Assembly: GCA_025284135.1 (NCBI GenBank)
Contig: GCA_025284135.1_3646.1
Length of the DNA: 64,000 nt
Direction: 5' to 3' (one strand)
Source of the DNA: a phage
Program-made: the position numbers and the translations under genes
The notes under the pieces: generated by a model
Told to the model about the DNA's origin: nothing
The model's database searches: none
The model's input: only the letters and a program-made list of their open reading frames with translations
Part shown: positions 25,996 through 35,726 of the stretch, in pieces
Position numbering within the stretch: the stretch's first letter is position 1
Layout: each line of letters begins with the position of its first letter

Positions 25996-28900
25996 ATGGC
26001 TGATATTAAAGTTGTCAGAATTGAATCTCTTCCTGCCACTACCGCAGTGACAGAGGATGATTACCTGGTTGTTCAACAACCAGACCTGACCCGTCGTGTA
26101 AAAATTGGCGATGTTGTCCATGTTGATGGGACTGTTTCTCATGTAATCTCCTTTAAGGAAGGTGGTAAGTTAAACGGCCCAATGGATTTTGCCTACTTCG
26201 AAGAGGAAGACCTCTACCTGCGTTGGAAAGGCGAATTTCCGCACACTGTTCCTGCACTATCTTCACCGTACTCCGATGGCGGGATTACTGACGCTGCATG
26301 GATGGTATATACAGACCCGTCATTAAGGGAGGAGCTGGAATCTACCATTGGCGCATCTATGATCATGACAGCCGAAGGGCAGTCTGTCCAGGATGTAATG
26401 GATGTTACTGTTCAGACAGCTAACGATGCCAAAGCACTTGCACAGCGTGTAGATTTTGGTACAGTGCACACTGTAGGCGATGTTATTCACCTTGATAACT
26501 TTGTTGGCCCTGCAGTTATTGAAGAGGGAAGAACTACCAACTACCCTTCTGCAGCAGCTGGTGAAAAATTTCTGAACGGTGTGGTATCTCGTCGTGATAC
26601 TACAACTGTTGATGGTATTTTCCGTGGCGCTACCTCCGGAGCCATGTATACCATTGCAGTAACCAACGGTGTAGCAACAACAAAAAGAATAGCACTTCGT
26701 GATGAATTTAAACGCCTGGAGGCAAACAACCCAACAAGAACAGTTATCCGTGCTGGAGATGATTTAAACACGGCAGGGTACTTGCAGCTTGATGCAACAG
26801 GCCGTTGGGGTATGTGGAACCAACAAACAGCCTCGTGGCAACCTCTTGCTATAGAGCAAGGCGGTACAGGGGCCAGAGATGCCGCTGGAGTCCGTATCAA
26901 TATCGGGGCTTTCTATAAGCAACGTGCAGCCCTTGAGCCAAATTTCAATATCAATAACTTGACTGGTAATCAGGATGGTGTATACTACCAGCCGATGACT
27001 GCTTATGCAACTGAGGCAAATGGTTATCCTGCAGGTTCTGGTGCTGGTCACTTGATTGTTTGGCAGAACAATGCTAACGGTGGTACAGGTTGTCGTCAGG
27101 AATACTATCCATTCTCTAACGTAGATGTTTGGTATTTGAGAACCTATCAGGCCAATACAAACCAGTGGACTGCATGGCAGCCGATGGTCAGACCTCGTAA
27201 CGATGATACCTTTAGATCGCACATCGGCCTTGGTAAAAACAACTCACCAGCCTTCGGGCACCTTTACTTAGCTCAATACTCTGGAGATGTCAAATCGGCC
27301 TCAGGTATTCTCCATGGAGATAAATATAACACTGATGGTGTTCTTGAGCATGGCTATAGGATCTATTCTGAGGTAAGAAACGACAATAAGGCTTGGTTGA
27401 CAATCCACCTGCACAAAGGTGCAAAAGGATCTGAAACCCATAGATATTTAGGCTTCCGTGAGGATGGGGTCTTAGATTGTCCTAAATATATGCAGGTTGG
27501 TGATCTGAACGGTCAGATGGCAAACTGGGGACTTGGAGAATGGATCCGCAGTTCAGGAGCAGAAAGAGGTTTCTGGGGATCTAAGAAAGCCGCCAAGATG
27601 GTCATCTGGGATGGCGGTATGGACGAGCAAGGTGAAGGAACGCTTGAGTGGGGTGTTTATAACAACCGGAAAGCCAAATGGGAACCACTACCGATAGCTT
27701 GTGGTGGTACCAGTGCCAGGACTGTAGGGGATGCTCAAGCACAATTCAGAATCCCTCTGGCAGCAGGTACTAGACCATATGTAAACCTGCCTAGAACTGC
27801 AGCTATGCAGGACGGTAAGTATTATCCTATTATCGTCAGAACTGACCCCAACTTTGCAGCAACTATCGGGACAGATTTAACCATTGTCACCAGATCTTCT
27901 TCTGGCGGCGACCCAATGAACTGTGCTACACTACAGTGTCACTACAGAACTGGTGGCTGGACAGACAGAGGTGATTCTTTCCAAGGGGTTATTAATTTCT
28001 ACCAAAACGAGAAAGCAATCCTCGGATGTGTATCTCCAACCAGAGGTAAGCAGGAGTATGTTGCATTCTATGTAGAGGCACGTGCATTCCCTGTTACAGT
28101 ATATGCTGGTGCTACTGTAATAGAAGTGTCAACCAGGGAGGTTGATTGGCAGGTAGGCAACGTGACAGGTAACCAAGATGGTGTCAAGTTCTGTGCTCCT
28201 CTGGCATCTGCAGATTTGAGTCTTGCAATCAAAGGTGATGATGTAACAAACACCAGACCTCTGGTTGAGTTCAAAGGAACATCAGGTTTCTACACTGGTG
28301 GTGGAACTATGTGGCACTACCTGGGGACTCCTGAACGCTATGCAGTGATGAGCAAAATGAACATGCCTAAAGTCGAGCTTTGGGCAGACGGTATTGACTA
28401 CATTTGTCCTGGTAGTCAGACCACTAGAAAAGCACTGTTCTCTAACGCAGGGTTCCAAGCTGCATCGGAAGGAACAGAGGATCTGATCAACAACACCTTT
28501 ACCTCTAAATGTGGTAATGGTGCAAGACTGCAAGGCCAGGCAGAGTTCAGATCTACTCCGGAAGCTGGTCAAGTTATCGTTCGCGATGTTGTAGGTACAG
28601 CTCATAAGTTCTACAATTTCAACAAAGACGGCACATTTTTCCCTCCTGGAGGCTATGTTTGCCAGACAGGCGCTGACTGGAACAATCAGTTTGGTAATAC
28701 AAACCCCTCCAAGATAATGGCTGGCAATGTCAACGGGCCGGAAGGTTCGATGGTTGTTGGAGGACTGTCTGTGGCGTTTTCTGGAAACTATGCTTTCCAA
28801 ATGGCTGGTCGCCTTGATCAGTTATACACCAGATCTATCGAGGGTGGTAACCATAGGGCATGGAACAAAGTTATTCAGCACCGTGGTCAAGGTCTGGGGA

Positions 28901-29808
28901 CAGAAGACCTTAATAACTACGATGGTAGCCGTGAAGGTTTCTATCACCAGGGTTCAAACGCTGACGCACTTGTAATAGCTCGTCACTACCCTGCTCCGTA
29001 CGCTGGTACGCTGCTTGTTTACAAAAACACAGCCAACAGACCGCAAGGTTGTGTGCAGGAATACATTACCTATTTTGGTGACAGATATACTCGTGCTGGT
29101 AACTACGTTGGCGATGTCTTTACTTGGGAAGAATGGAGACACGATGCTGGTAAGGGCATTCAGTTAAGACCTAATTACAATTTCGGTGAAAACAGTACTC
29201 AGCTGGAAATTCATGTTGGTGCTAATGGTCTTCCATCCAACGCCGATAACTTACCTACCAACAGTGCTATACTCCATTATTGGGGTAACGGCAGTGCAGG
29301 GACTCGTCCAAACGTGTTAGAGTTTAAGGTTCTTGACGAGTCTCAATCGGCTTATGTATGGCATTGCGGTACCTTGCCGGATAAATCAAGATATCTTTCT
29401 GTAAACGGTGCTGTGAATTGCACATCTGTCAATCAGAGTTCTGACAGAGACCTGAAAGATAACATATCTGTTATTCCTGATGCGTTAGAAGCTATCCGGA
29501 AGATGAAGGGTTATACTTACACTCTTAAAGAGAACGGTATGCCTTATGCAGGTGTTATAGCACAAGAAGTGCTTGAAGCGTTGCCGGAAGCAGTTAGCTC
29601 TTTCGTGCAAAGAAAGGAAATCCCAAACCCTGATCAAGATGGAACTCCTTTGATAACAGAGGAAAGATTCTACAGCGTGGATTACGCAGCCGTAACAGGC
29701 TTGCTTGTCCAGGTTTGCAGGGAACAGGACGATAAAATAACCGCCCTTGAGGAGCAGGTTAAAAAATTGACGGAGGTTGTTACTGGGTTGCAAGAGAAAC
29801 TGAAGTAA
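25996..29808 (+). CDS. tail fibre protein with C-terminal intramolecular chaperone (peptidase S74-type)
   Basis: C-terminal SSDRDLKDNISVIPDALEAIRKMKGYTYTLKENGMPYAGVIAQEV matches the autoproteolytic chaperone signature; N-terminal anchor domain shared with ORF 22692. Confidence 0.8.
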   Translation: MADIKVVRIESLPATTAVTEDDYLVVQQPDLTRRVKIGDVVHVDGTVSHVISFKEGGKLNGPMDFAYFEEEDLYLRWKGEFPHTVPALSSPYSDGGITDAAWMVYTDPSLREELESTIGASMIMTAEGQSVQDVMDVTVQTANDAKALAQRVDFGTVHTVGDVIHLDNFVGPAVIEEGRTTNYPSAAAGEKFLNGVVSRRDTTTVDGIFRGATSGAMYTIAVTNGVATTKRIALRDEFKRLEANNPTRTVIRAGDDLNTAGYLQLDATGRWGMWNQQTASWQPLAIEQGGTGARDAAGVRINIGAFYKQRAALEPNFNINNLTGNQDGVYYQPMTAYATEANGYPAGSGAGHLIVWQNNANGGTGCRQEYYPFSNVDVWYLRTYQANTNQWTAWQPMVRPRNDDTFRSHIGLGKNNSPAFGHLYLAQYSGDVKSASGILHGDKYNTDGVLEHGYRIYSEVRNDNKAWLTIHLHKGAKGSETHRYLGFREDGVLDCPKYMQVGDLNGQMANWGLGEWIRSSGAERGFWGSKKAAKMVIWDGGMDEQGEGTLEWGVYNNRKAKWEPLPIACGGTSARTVGDAQAQFRIPLAAGTRPYVNLPRTAAMQDGKYYPIIVRTDPNFAATIGTDLTIVTRSSSGGDPMNCATLQCHYRTGGWTDRGDSFQGVINFYQNEKAILGCVSPTRGKQEYVAFYVEARAFPVTVYAGATVIEVSTREVDWQVGNVTGNQDGVKFCAPLASADLSLAIKGDDVTNTRPLVEFKGTSGFYTGGGTMWHYLGTPERYAVMSKMNMPKVELWADGIDYICPGSQTTRKALFSNAGFQAASEGTEDLINNTFTSKCGNGARLQGQAEFRSTPEAGQVIVRDVVGTAHKFYNFNKDGTFFPPGGYVCQTGADWNNQFGNTNPSKIMAGNVNGPEGSMVVGGLSVAFSGNYAFQMAGRLDQLYTRSIEGGNHRAWNKVIQHRGQGLGTEDLNNYDGSREGFYHQGSNADALVIARHYPAPYAGTLLVYKNTANRPQGCVQEYITYFGDRYTRAGNYVGDVFTWEEWRHDAGKGIQLRPNYNFGENSTQLEIHVGANGLPSNADNLPTNSAILHYWGNGSAGTRPNVLEFKVLDESQSAYVWHCGTLPDKSRYLSVNGAVNCTSVNQSSDRDLKDNISVIPDALEAIRKMKGYTYTLKENGMPYAGVIAQEVLEALPEAVSSFVQRKEIPNPDQDGTPLITEERFYSVDYAAVTGLLVQVCREQDDKITALEEQVKKLTEVVTGLQEKLK

Positions 29809-29814
29809 CTGTTT

Positions 29815-29842
29815 TGCCCTCGCTTCGGCGGGGGCTTTTTGT
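29815..29842 (+). terminator. rho-independent terminator (CGCTTCGGCG family)
   Basis: GCCCTCGC-TTCG-GCGGGGGC followed by TTTTTGTTTG. Confidence 0.65.
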
Positions 29843-29847
29843 TTGTA

Positions 29848-29876
29848 TTGCGTATTAACTCAAAATCTGGTAAAAT
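29848..29876 (+). promoter_or_regulatory. sigma70-like promoter TTGCGT-N17-TAAAAT (TGG before -10)
   Basis: TGGTAAAAT extended -10-like element 17 nt from a TTG -35. Confidence 0.4.
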
Positions 29877-29907
29877 AACTATCATGATTGTTTAACCTGG
29901 AGGCACA

Positions 29908-30498
29908 ATGTTTTTATGGGAAAGGCCTAGATACCTTCCAGATATTAGATTGGAGCTGCTGGCAGATATTGTTACGTTTAAAAGTCCGTTTACAGGTAAA
30001 ACGCAAAAAGTAACCTATGCCACACCTAACTGGAAAGGCACTTTGACGGTTTCCAATATCAGCGAGTCACAGTTGCTAGAGCTTAAGAGCTTTGTTGATC
30101 AGGTGTATAAAGATGGAAACATCTTTCTTATTAAAACTTACGGTCACTCAGTAACAGCTAATGAGCCAATCGCCCTTGGGCCTACTGGTAACGATGATTT
30201 TTTGAGGACGGTTGGGTGGGAGCCAAACAGAGACATAGCCAGAGTTGGGGATAAAATATCTGTCAATGATGAATTGAAAGTGGTAACAGCTCCAGTGCGT
30301 AGCGATGGTGTTGGGTCTGCTGTTATAAGCATATCTCCAAGACTTAGAAAACCTATTGCCGCAGGGGACACTATGAAGATAATAACTCAATCCCCGAAGG
30401 GTAGGTTTCATATCAGAGATATTTATAAAATTAAGCAAAAAGTCGATGCTATGCAAAAAGGTGATAATATAGTTATCAACTTCTTTGAGGATTTCTAA
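29908..30498 (+). CDS. minor tail protein (tail-tip complex, first of four)
   Basis: Gene order and sizes (196, 184, 142, 1381 aa) resemble lambda/GTA-type tail-tip sets. Confidence 0.4.
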   Translation: MFLWERPRYLPDIRLELLADIVTFKSPFTGKTQKVTYATPNWKGTLTVSNISESQLLELKSFVDQVYKDGNIFLIKTYGHSVTANEPIALGPTGNDDFLRTVGWEPNRDIARVGDKISVNDELKVVTAPVRSDGVGSAVISISPRLRKPIAAGDTMKIITQSPKGRFHIRDIYKIKQKVDAMQKGDNIVINFFEDF

Positions 30499-30499
30499 G

Positions 30500-31051
30500 A
30501 TGATCAGAGCGCCATTAGATAATTTATTTCTTGAAAAGCTGGAGCTTGATGGTGTTGAGATCTTAATTGCTGCAAAGCTGGAGCTACCGACAGGAACTGT
30601 CAGGGTGTGCTCAGGCACTGGTGTTGTAGTAATTGAGGGGCAACATTTTATAGGGATAGGTGGGTCAGCAACATTAACCGCTGTGTCTGAGAAAGATGCC
30701 ACCAACTTCGGATCTGTGGTAGCGACATTGAACGGGTTTGATCCTAAGTATGTGGGTGATCTGCTGAAGACTGAGTATTCTGGTTGTCGTGCCACGTTGT
30801 ACATTACCGCTATGGAGAATGGTCTGCCTGTTACAACTAATGGCTTGTTTGACGGCCTTATAACAGATATGGCTATTCAGACGGGTGAGAATAGCGCTTT
30901 GTCCATATCCATCTCTTCCATCTTCAACAGTTGGTTAAGAGGTTTTCCTTATCGGTACACGGAGGAAAGCCACAGCTCAAGAAACGATAACGACAGATTT
31001 TTTAAATATGTGGATCAGGTGGCGAGCCGCCCGATCATTTGGGAGGTTTAA
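30500..31051 (+). CDS. minor tail protein (start moved to ATG 30500)
   Basis: ATG 30500 has GAGGA RBS; position in four-gene set. Confidence 0.4.
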   Translation: MIRAPLDNLFLEKLELDGVEILIAAKLELPTGTVRVCSGTGVVVIEGQHFIGIGGSATLTAVSEKDATNFGSVVATLNGFDPKYVGDLLKTEYSGCRATLYITAMENGLPVTTNGLFDGLITDMAIQTGENSALSISISSIFNSWLRGFPYRYTEESHSSRNDNDRFFKYVDQVASRPIIWEV

Positions 31052-31476
31052 TGAGCACACATCCTCGTCTAGTGGACTGGCAAGAAAGATTGTGGAAAGT
31101 GTTTGACGAAGAGGCCACCATACCTTTTGAATGGGGATTCCACGATTGTTGCACCTTTGCAGCTAAGTGTGTTGATGCCCAATACGGAACAGATTTTCTT
31201 TCTAACTTCGAAGGAACGTATAAAACAGAGTTGGAAAGCAAAAGATGGTGCATGCTCCGTTTCAAAACCACACACCTGCCTACTATTTTTGATCTCTTTA
31301 TGACTCGGCTGGATACTCCTAAACAGGTTCAGCGTGGAGATATTGTCATTTTCGAAGGTCTGAACGGCCTCACCGCCGGTGTGTTCTGGAACAACCAGAT
31401 TTGGGCGAAAGGTGATAAAGGGGTCTTTATGTTCGATATGAAAGATTCTATCGTTGTTGATGTCTGGAGGTATTAA
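31051..31476 (+). CDS. tail protein with Cys/His motif (NlpC/P60-like) (start moved to ATG 31051)
   Basis: HDCCTF motif plus downstream His; GGGAGG RBS; precedes gpJ-like gene. Confidence 0.45.
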   Translation: MSTHPRLVDWQERLWKVFDEEATIPFEWGFHDCCTFAAKCVDAQYGTDFLSNFEGTYKTELESKRWCMLRFKTTHLPTIFDLFMTRLDTPKQVQRGDIVIFEGLNGLTAGVFWNNQIWAKGDKGVFMFDMKDSIVVDVWRY

Positions 31477-34400
31477 TGCCAATTGCAATGATTGATAACA
31501 TCGTTGCTTCTGCAAGATCTTCAAGTTATGACTGGAACGCATCCAAGGCAGCTCTGGCTGACAGCCTGAACACTGTTACCACCAGAACTCTGGATAAGAT
31601 TTTTGAGGGCAACAAATCTTACAGAAGTCAGCAAGATAGACAAAAGCTTCTCAGATCTTCTGCTGCACCCTGCTCTGTAGTGTATGGAAAGACACGCACA
31701 TCTGGATTGCTTGCGTTTTTGGAGCAGGATAGAGACAAAACCCTCCATTGTGCTATTGTTCTTGCCAATCACCCTCTGGAAGGTATAGAAGATATACTTA
31801 TCGACGGTAATCCGATTTCCTCGTATGGAGATCTGGTATCGTGGGAGCTACATAACGACAGAAAAACATCTGATCCTTTCATGGGTACACACTGCCCATC
31901 ATGGTCACCAGACATGATAGGTAGAGGGATCAGTTGGCTACGTGCCAGCTTCAGGTTTGACCCTAACAAGTTTCCTTTTGGGTTGCCAAACGTTACACTT
32001 GTCAAGGTTGGTAAAAAATGCTATGATCCTCGTATCAGTAAAGAGGTGTATACCAATAACGCGGCCTTGGTGATTCTGGACTATTTAAGAACGTACCTTA
32101 AATGTCCTGACGAAACCATCAACTGGGAGTCCTTCAAGGAGGCTGCCAACATATGCGATGAGGCGGTAAAAAACGCTGACGGAACCAGTGAGCGCCGTTA
32201 CACAATTAATGGCGAGTTCGATATGGATGAGGCTCCAGCAAGTATTATGGCAGAAATGCTGAAAGCTTGTGGAGCAGATCTCAGCTATGTAGCTGGTAAG
32301 TATGGTTTGCTGGTCGGTGCATATTATGGTCCGGCAACAATGACACTGAGTGAGGATTGTGTCTGCGGTGAGGTAAAGATCTATCCGGAAGCCTCATTTG
32401 ACAAAAGATCCAACACAATAACTGGCAGATTCACTAGTCCGACCAAAGGGTATTCTGAAACAGATTTTCCATCAGTGTTTGTCCCAGAGTGGATAGAGAA
32501 GGATGGAGAAAGAAAGATAATCGATATAGACTATCGCTTTGTTACCAGTCCTTATCAAGCTCAACGTGTTTCTGCAATCTTCCTAAGACGTGCCAGAGCT
32601 GGCAGGATTATTGAAGTCACCTGCAATATGCGAGGTTTTAAATTTAAGCCTGGCCGTTACGTTACAATGAATCTTCCAAGTATTGGTATAGTAGGCCAAG
32701 AAATGAGGGTTCTTGAATGGGAGTTCACCAAAAAGGGTGGTGTCAAGGTAAAACTTCGTCAAGATGCTAAAGAGTGGAATGATGCCACAGGGCAACTTCC
32801 GGATTCTGGTGATGTAGATATTCCGATATCTCCATCTGGTGTAGCTCAACCGCAAAACTTCAGATACTCCGTCCTCCAAGCTGGGGAAATAACTCACGGT
32901 GTTCTGGCTTGGGACAACGTTGGGACTTACGCTCAAAATATTGTGCAGGTAAGAAAGAACGGAGAGATTGTTTGGACAGCACAGACAGTTGAGCAGTTTG
33001 TCCGAGTAGAAGGCTTGACCAAGGGGTCATACACAGCAACCGTGGTTGCAACATCTTATAAAGGTGGTGTATCTCCAGAAGCGTACTGCGAGTTTAACAT
33101 TCAGGCACCTGAAGCTCCTGTTTCTGTAGAGGTTAAGCAGGGATACTTTGCTATCACCTTGATTCCACACAGCAGGGATTTAGCAAGTGTAAGCACCCAG
33201 TATGACTTTTGGACATCTGGTATGACAAGGTTGCCCGACACCAGCGATGCAACCGTTACTTCAAACGCCACCCGTATGGGTGTTGGTTCAACTTGGACAT
33301 CCGAAGGTCTGCAGAACGATAAGGTTTATTATTGGTATATTCGAACCACAAACGCTTTTGGTAGCTCTCAGTTTGTAGAGTGTGCTGCACGCTGCTATAC
33401 CTCCATTGAGGATTTGATGCCTCAGATAGATGCTGAATTCAAAAAGACAGAAACTTATAAAGAGTTGATGAGCACTTTGGATTCCTCTATTGAAGAGGTT
33501 GAAAATCGTGTCACAGAACTTAACAGGTACATGGATGGTAGAGTTGACGAGGCTTTTGACCACATGGAAGGTGAGTTCTCTAGAGTAGACAAGCTGTATG
33601 CTCAGTTGGGAGATAGGGTTGGAATATTCATCCAAGAAACCCACGACAACTTCCAGGACGTTAATGGAACGCTTACCACTCTAGATCAGAAACTGGTAGC
33701 CACTCAGAACAAGTTTGCAGATGATCTTTCTAAAGAAAGTGGCAAGCTTGCTTCTCTAATCCAGACCACTAACAAAGCTACAACCGATCTGTTAAATCAG
33801 AAAACTGAAGCTTTGGACGAGAAGATTGTTTCAACCAGGGGTGAGTTGGAAGATGCTTTAGCGCAGGAAAGCTCTGAGCTGAACTCCCTGATTGTATCAA
33901 CCAATAAAACGACTACAGATCTCCTTAATCGGAAAACCGAGGCTTTAGACAATAAGCTGACGGCAACGAAAGGTGAGTTGACCAACAATCTGCAGAATGA
34001 GAGTGCTAAACTATCGTCCTTGATTGAGTCAACCAACAAATCCACCACTGATCTTCTTAATAAGAAAACAGAGGCGTTGGATGAAAAACTGGTTGCTGCA
34101 CAGGGCGAGTTGACTGAGCAGATCGGAGATGTTGAAAAAGGCTATCTGGCTGGTGATAAGAGCCTAGAGGGCAAGTTGAATACTCAAAGATCTGAGTTGG
34201 ATGCGAGCATTCTGAGCACTAACCAGGCCACTGTGGACTTGCTGAACAGAACTTCTGAGACTCTTGACCAGAAGATTAGCCAGACCAACGCCACAGTGTC
34301 CAAAAACTACACCACGCTTGATGGTAAGATAAACACCGCCAAGTCTGATCTTAATACGTTGATTTCTACCACCAACAAGGCCACAACTGACCTGTTGAAT

Positions 34401-35621
34401 CAGAAAACGGCAGCTTTGACTGAGCAGTTAACCACTGCTAAAGGGCAGATTACAACCAACACCAATAATATTACTGGGTTGGACAATAAGCTGACTCAGA
34501 CTAAGAAAGATTTGTCTGCGAATATTTCTGAAACTAATAACGCCACTGTTGATCTGATTAACGGCACAGCGTCAGCTATTCGTCAAGAACTTGCTGTTGC
34601 TAAGCAGGAGATCATTGATGGTGTTGGTGATGTGTCCGAGATCAGGGCTGCAGTAGCTACAACAGCTAAGGCTGTAACCGACTTGGAGGGTAAAGTAAGT
34701 GCTCAATGGGGCACAAAAATACAGGTAGACTCCGCAGGGAATAAATATGTTGCAGGTATCCAGTTGGGGATGGAAGGGTCTGGGGGCCAAGTTCAATCCT
34801 ACTTCATGGTTAGTGCAAACAATTTTGCGGTATACAACCCTGGCAATGGAACAGCAACCCTTGCTTTTGCAATCAAGAACAACCAAGCGTTCTTGAAAGA
34901 CGCTTTTATAGAGAACGGGACGATTTCATCTGCCAAGATCGCACAAGAAATCTCGTCAAACAACTACGATGGCAACGGGTACCATAAATACGGTTGGTAT
35001 ATTAACAAGAACGGGCACGCCCAATTTATGGATGTGTGGGTGAAAGGCAACATCAACGCTAGTTCTGGTAACTTCACAGGGGCAGTTAACGCCACTAGTG
35101 GTACCTTCCGTGGGGATGTTTATGCCAATAATGGTAGCTTTAGAGGCACCATAGATGCAACCGGAGGTACCTTCCGTGGTCGTGTAGAAGCTTCTGTTAT
35201 CCGTGCTAACCAGTTCGAAGGTGCAATTGTTGCGCACAGGACTTATGGGGATTGTGCTCCAGTATATAACTCCCGGCAAAGGGTTTGCCGTTGGAGGTGG
35301 AGATACGTAGATAACGTTTCAGGTCAGGGTAAGAACGTAACATTCTTCTTTAAACTGAATGGTACTCTTGCCAGCTCCCAGCTCAACGTTTGGATAGCCG
35401 GACATCAAATCCTTGCAGGTAAGAAGTACGGAAACGACAACAACGGTATGTGTGCGGTAGGGATAACAGGTCTTGGTGAACAAACCATAGATATTGTTGT
35501 TGAAATCTACACACCATGGTCAACGTCTTCTGTAACAGGGGTCGCAATATCCTGTCCTACTGTTGTGGTAAGCCGTTCTAACTCAAGCTTCCAGGGACCT
35601 TGGAACGAGTCTCACGACTAA
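31476..35621 (+). CDS. central tail fibre / host-specificity protein (gpJ-like N-terminus, coiled-coil repeat shaft, GxFxG C-terminal repeats)
   Basis: N-terminal about 600 aa resemble gpJ-type tail-tip region (HCAIVLANHPLEGIEDILIDGNPI); six or so about 44-aa repeats (TNKATTDLLNQKTEALDEK...); C-terminal SGTFRGDVYANNGSFRGTIDATGGTFRG. Confidence 0.6.
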   Translation: MPIAMIDNIVASARSSSYDWNASKAALADSLNTVTTRTLDKIFEGNKSYRSQQDRQKLLRSSAAPCSVVYGKTRTSGLLAFLEQDRDKTLHCAIVLANHPLEGIEDILIDGNPISSYGDLVSWELHNDRKTSDPFMGTHCPSWSPDMIGRGISWLRASFRFDPNKFPFGLPNVTLVKVGKKCYDPRISKEVYTNNAALVILDYLRTYLKCPDETINWESFKEAANICDEAVKNADGTSERRYTINGEFDMDEAPASIMAEMLKACGADLSYVAGKYGLLVGAYYGPATMTLSEDCVCGEVKIYPEASFDKRSNTITGRFTSPTKGYSETDFPSVFVPEWIEKDGERKIIDIDYRFVTSPYQAQRVSAIFLRRARAGRIIEVTCNMRGFKFKPGRYVTMNLPSIGIVGQEMRVLEWEFTKKGGVKVKLRQDAKEWNDATGQLPDSGDVDIPISPSGVAQPQNFRYSVLQAGEITHGVLAWDNVGTYAQNIVQVRKNGEIVWTAQTVEQFVRVEGLTKGSYTATVVATSYKGGVSPEAYCEFNIQAPEAPVSVEVKQGYFAITLIPHSRDLASVSTQYDFWTSGMTRLPDTSDATVTSNATRMGVGSTWTSEGLQNDKVYYWYIRTTNAFGSSQFVECAARCYTSIEDLMPQIDAEFKKTETYKELMSTLDSSIEEVENRVTELNRYMDGRVDEAFDHMEGEFSRVDKLYAQLGDRVGIFIQETHDNFQDVNGTLTTLDQKLVATQNKFADDLSKESGKLASLIQTTNKATTDLLNQKTEALDEKIVSTRGELEDALAQESSELNSLIVSTNKTTTDLLNRKTEALDNKLTATKGELTNNLQNESAKLSSLIESTNKSTTDLLNKKTEALDEKLVAAQGELTEQIGDVEKGYLAGDKSLEGKLNTQRSELDASILSTNQATVDLLNRTSETLDQKISQTNATVSKNYTTLDGKINTAKSDLNTLISTTNKATTDLLNQKTAALTEQLTTAKGQITTNTNNITGLDNKLTQTKKDLSANISETNNATVDLINGTASAIRQELAVAKQEIIDGVGDVSEIRAAVATTAKAVTDLEGKVSAQWGTKIQVDSAGNKYVAGIQLGMEGSGGQVQSYFMVSANNFAVYNPGNGTATLAFAIKNNQAFLKDAFIENGTISSAKIAQEISSNNYDGNGYHKYGWYINKNGHAQFMDVWVKGNINASSGNFTGAVNATSGTFRGDVYANNGSFRGTIDATGGTFRGRVEASVIRANQFEGAIVAHRTYGDCAPVYNSRQRVCRWRWRYVDNVSGQGKNVTFFFKLNGTLASSQLNVWIAGHQILAGKKYGNDNNGMCAVGITGLGEQTIDIVVEIYTPWSTSSVTGVAISCPTVVVSRSNSSFQGPWNESHD
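33700..34650 (+). repeat. in-frame degenerate tandem repeats (about 132 nt units) encoding coiled-coil shaft of ORF 31476-35621
   Basis: Repeated ACCAACAA(A/G)(G/T)C(C/T)AC(A/T)AC(C/T)GAT CT..T(T/G)AAT..GAAAAC.GA(A/G)GC.TTGGA blocks seen at about 33770, 33900, 34030, 34370. Confidence 0.7.
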
Positions 35622-35628
35622 CCTTTAA

Positions 35629-35656
35629 AGCCCCGCTTCGGCGGGGTTTATTTTTA
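35629..35656 (+). terminator. rho-independent terminator (CGCTTCGGCG family)
   Basis: CCCCGC-TTCG-GCGGGG followed by TTTATTTTTAT. Confidence 0.65.
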
Positions 35657-35664
35657 TGCTCAGA

Positions 35665-35693
35665 TTGACTATTGTTACAAAATTTGGTAAAAT
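35665..35693 (+). promoter_or_regulatory. sigma70-like promoter TTGACT-N17-TAAAAT (TGG before -10)
   Basis: Near-consensus hexamers with extended -10-like TGG. Confidence 0.5.
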
Positions 35694-35726
35694 ACCTTGT
35701 AGAGATTTTCATACCGGAGGAGTGAC

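Noticed and set aside
33700-34650. Tandem repeats considered as a possible CRISPR-like or intergenic repeat array
   Set aside because: The repeats are in frame inside ORF 31476-35621 and encode coiled-coil heptad-like units; units are degenerate and there are no spacer-like unique segments between identical repeats.
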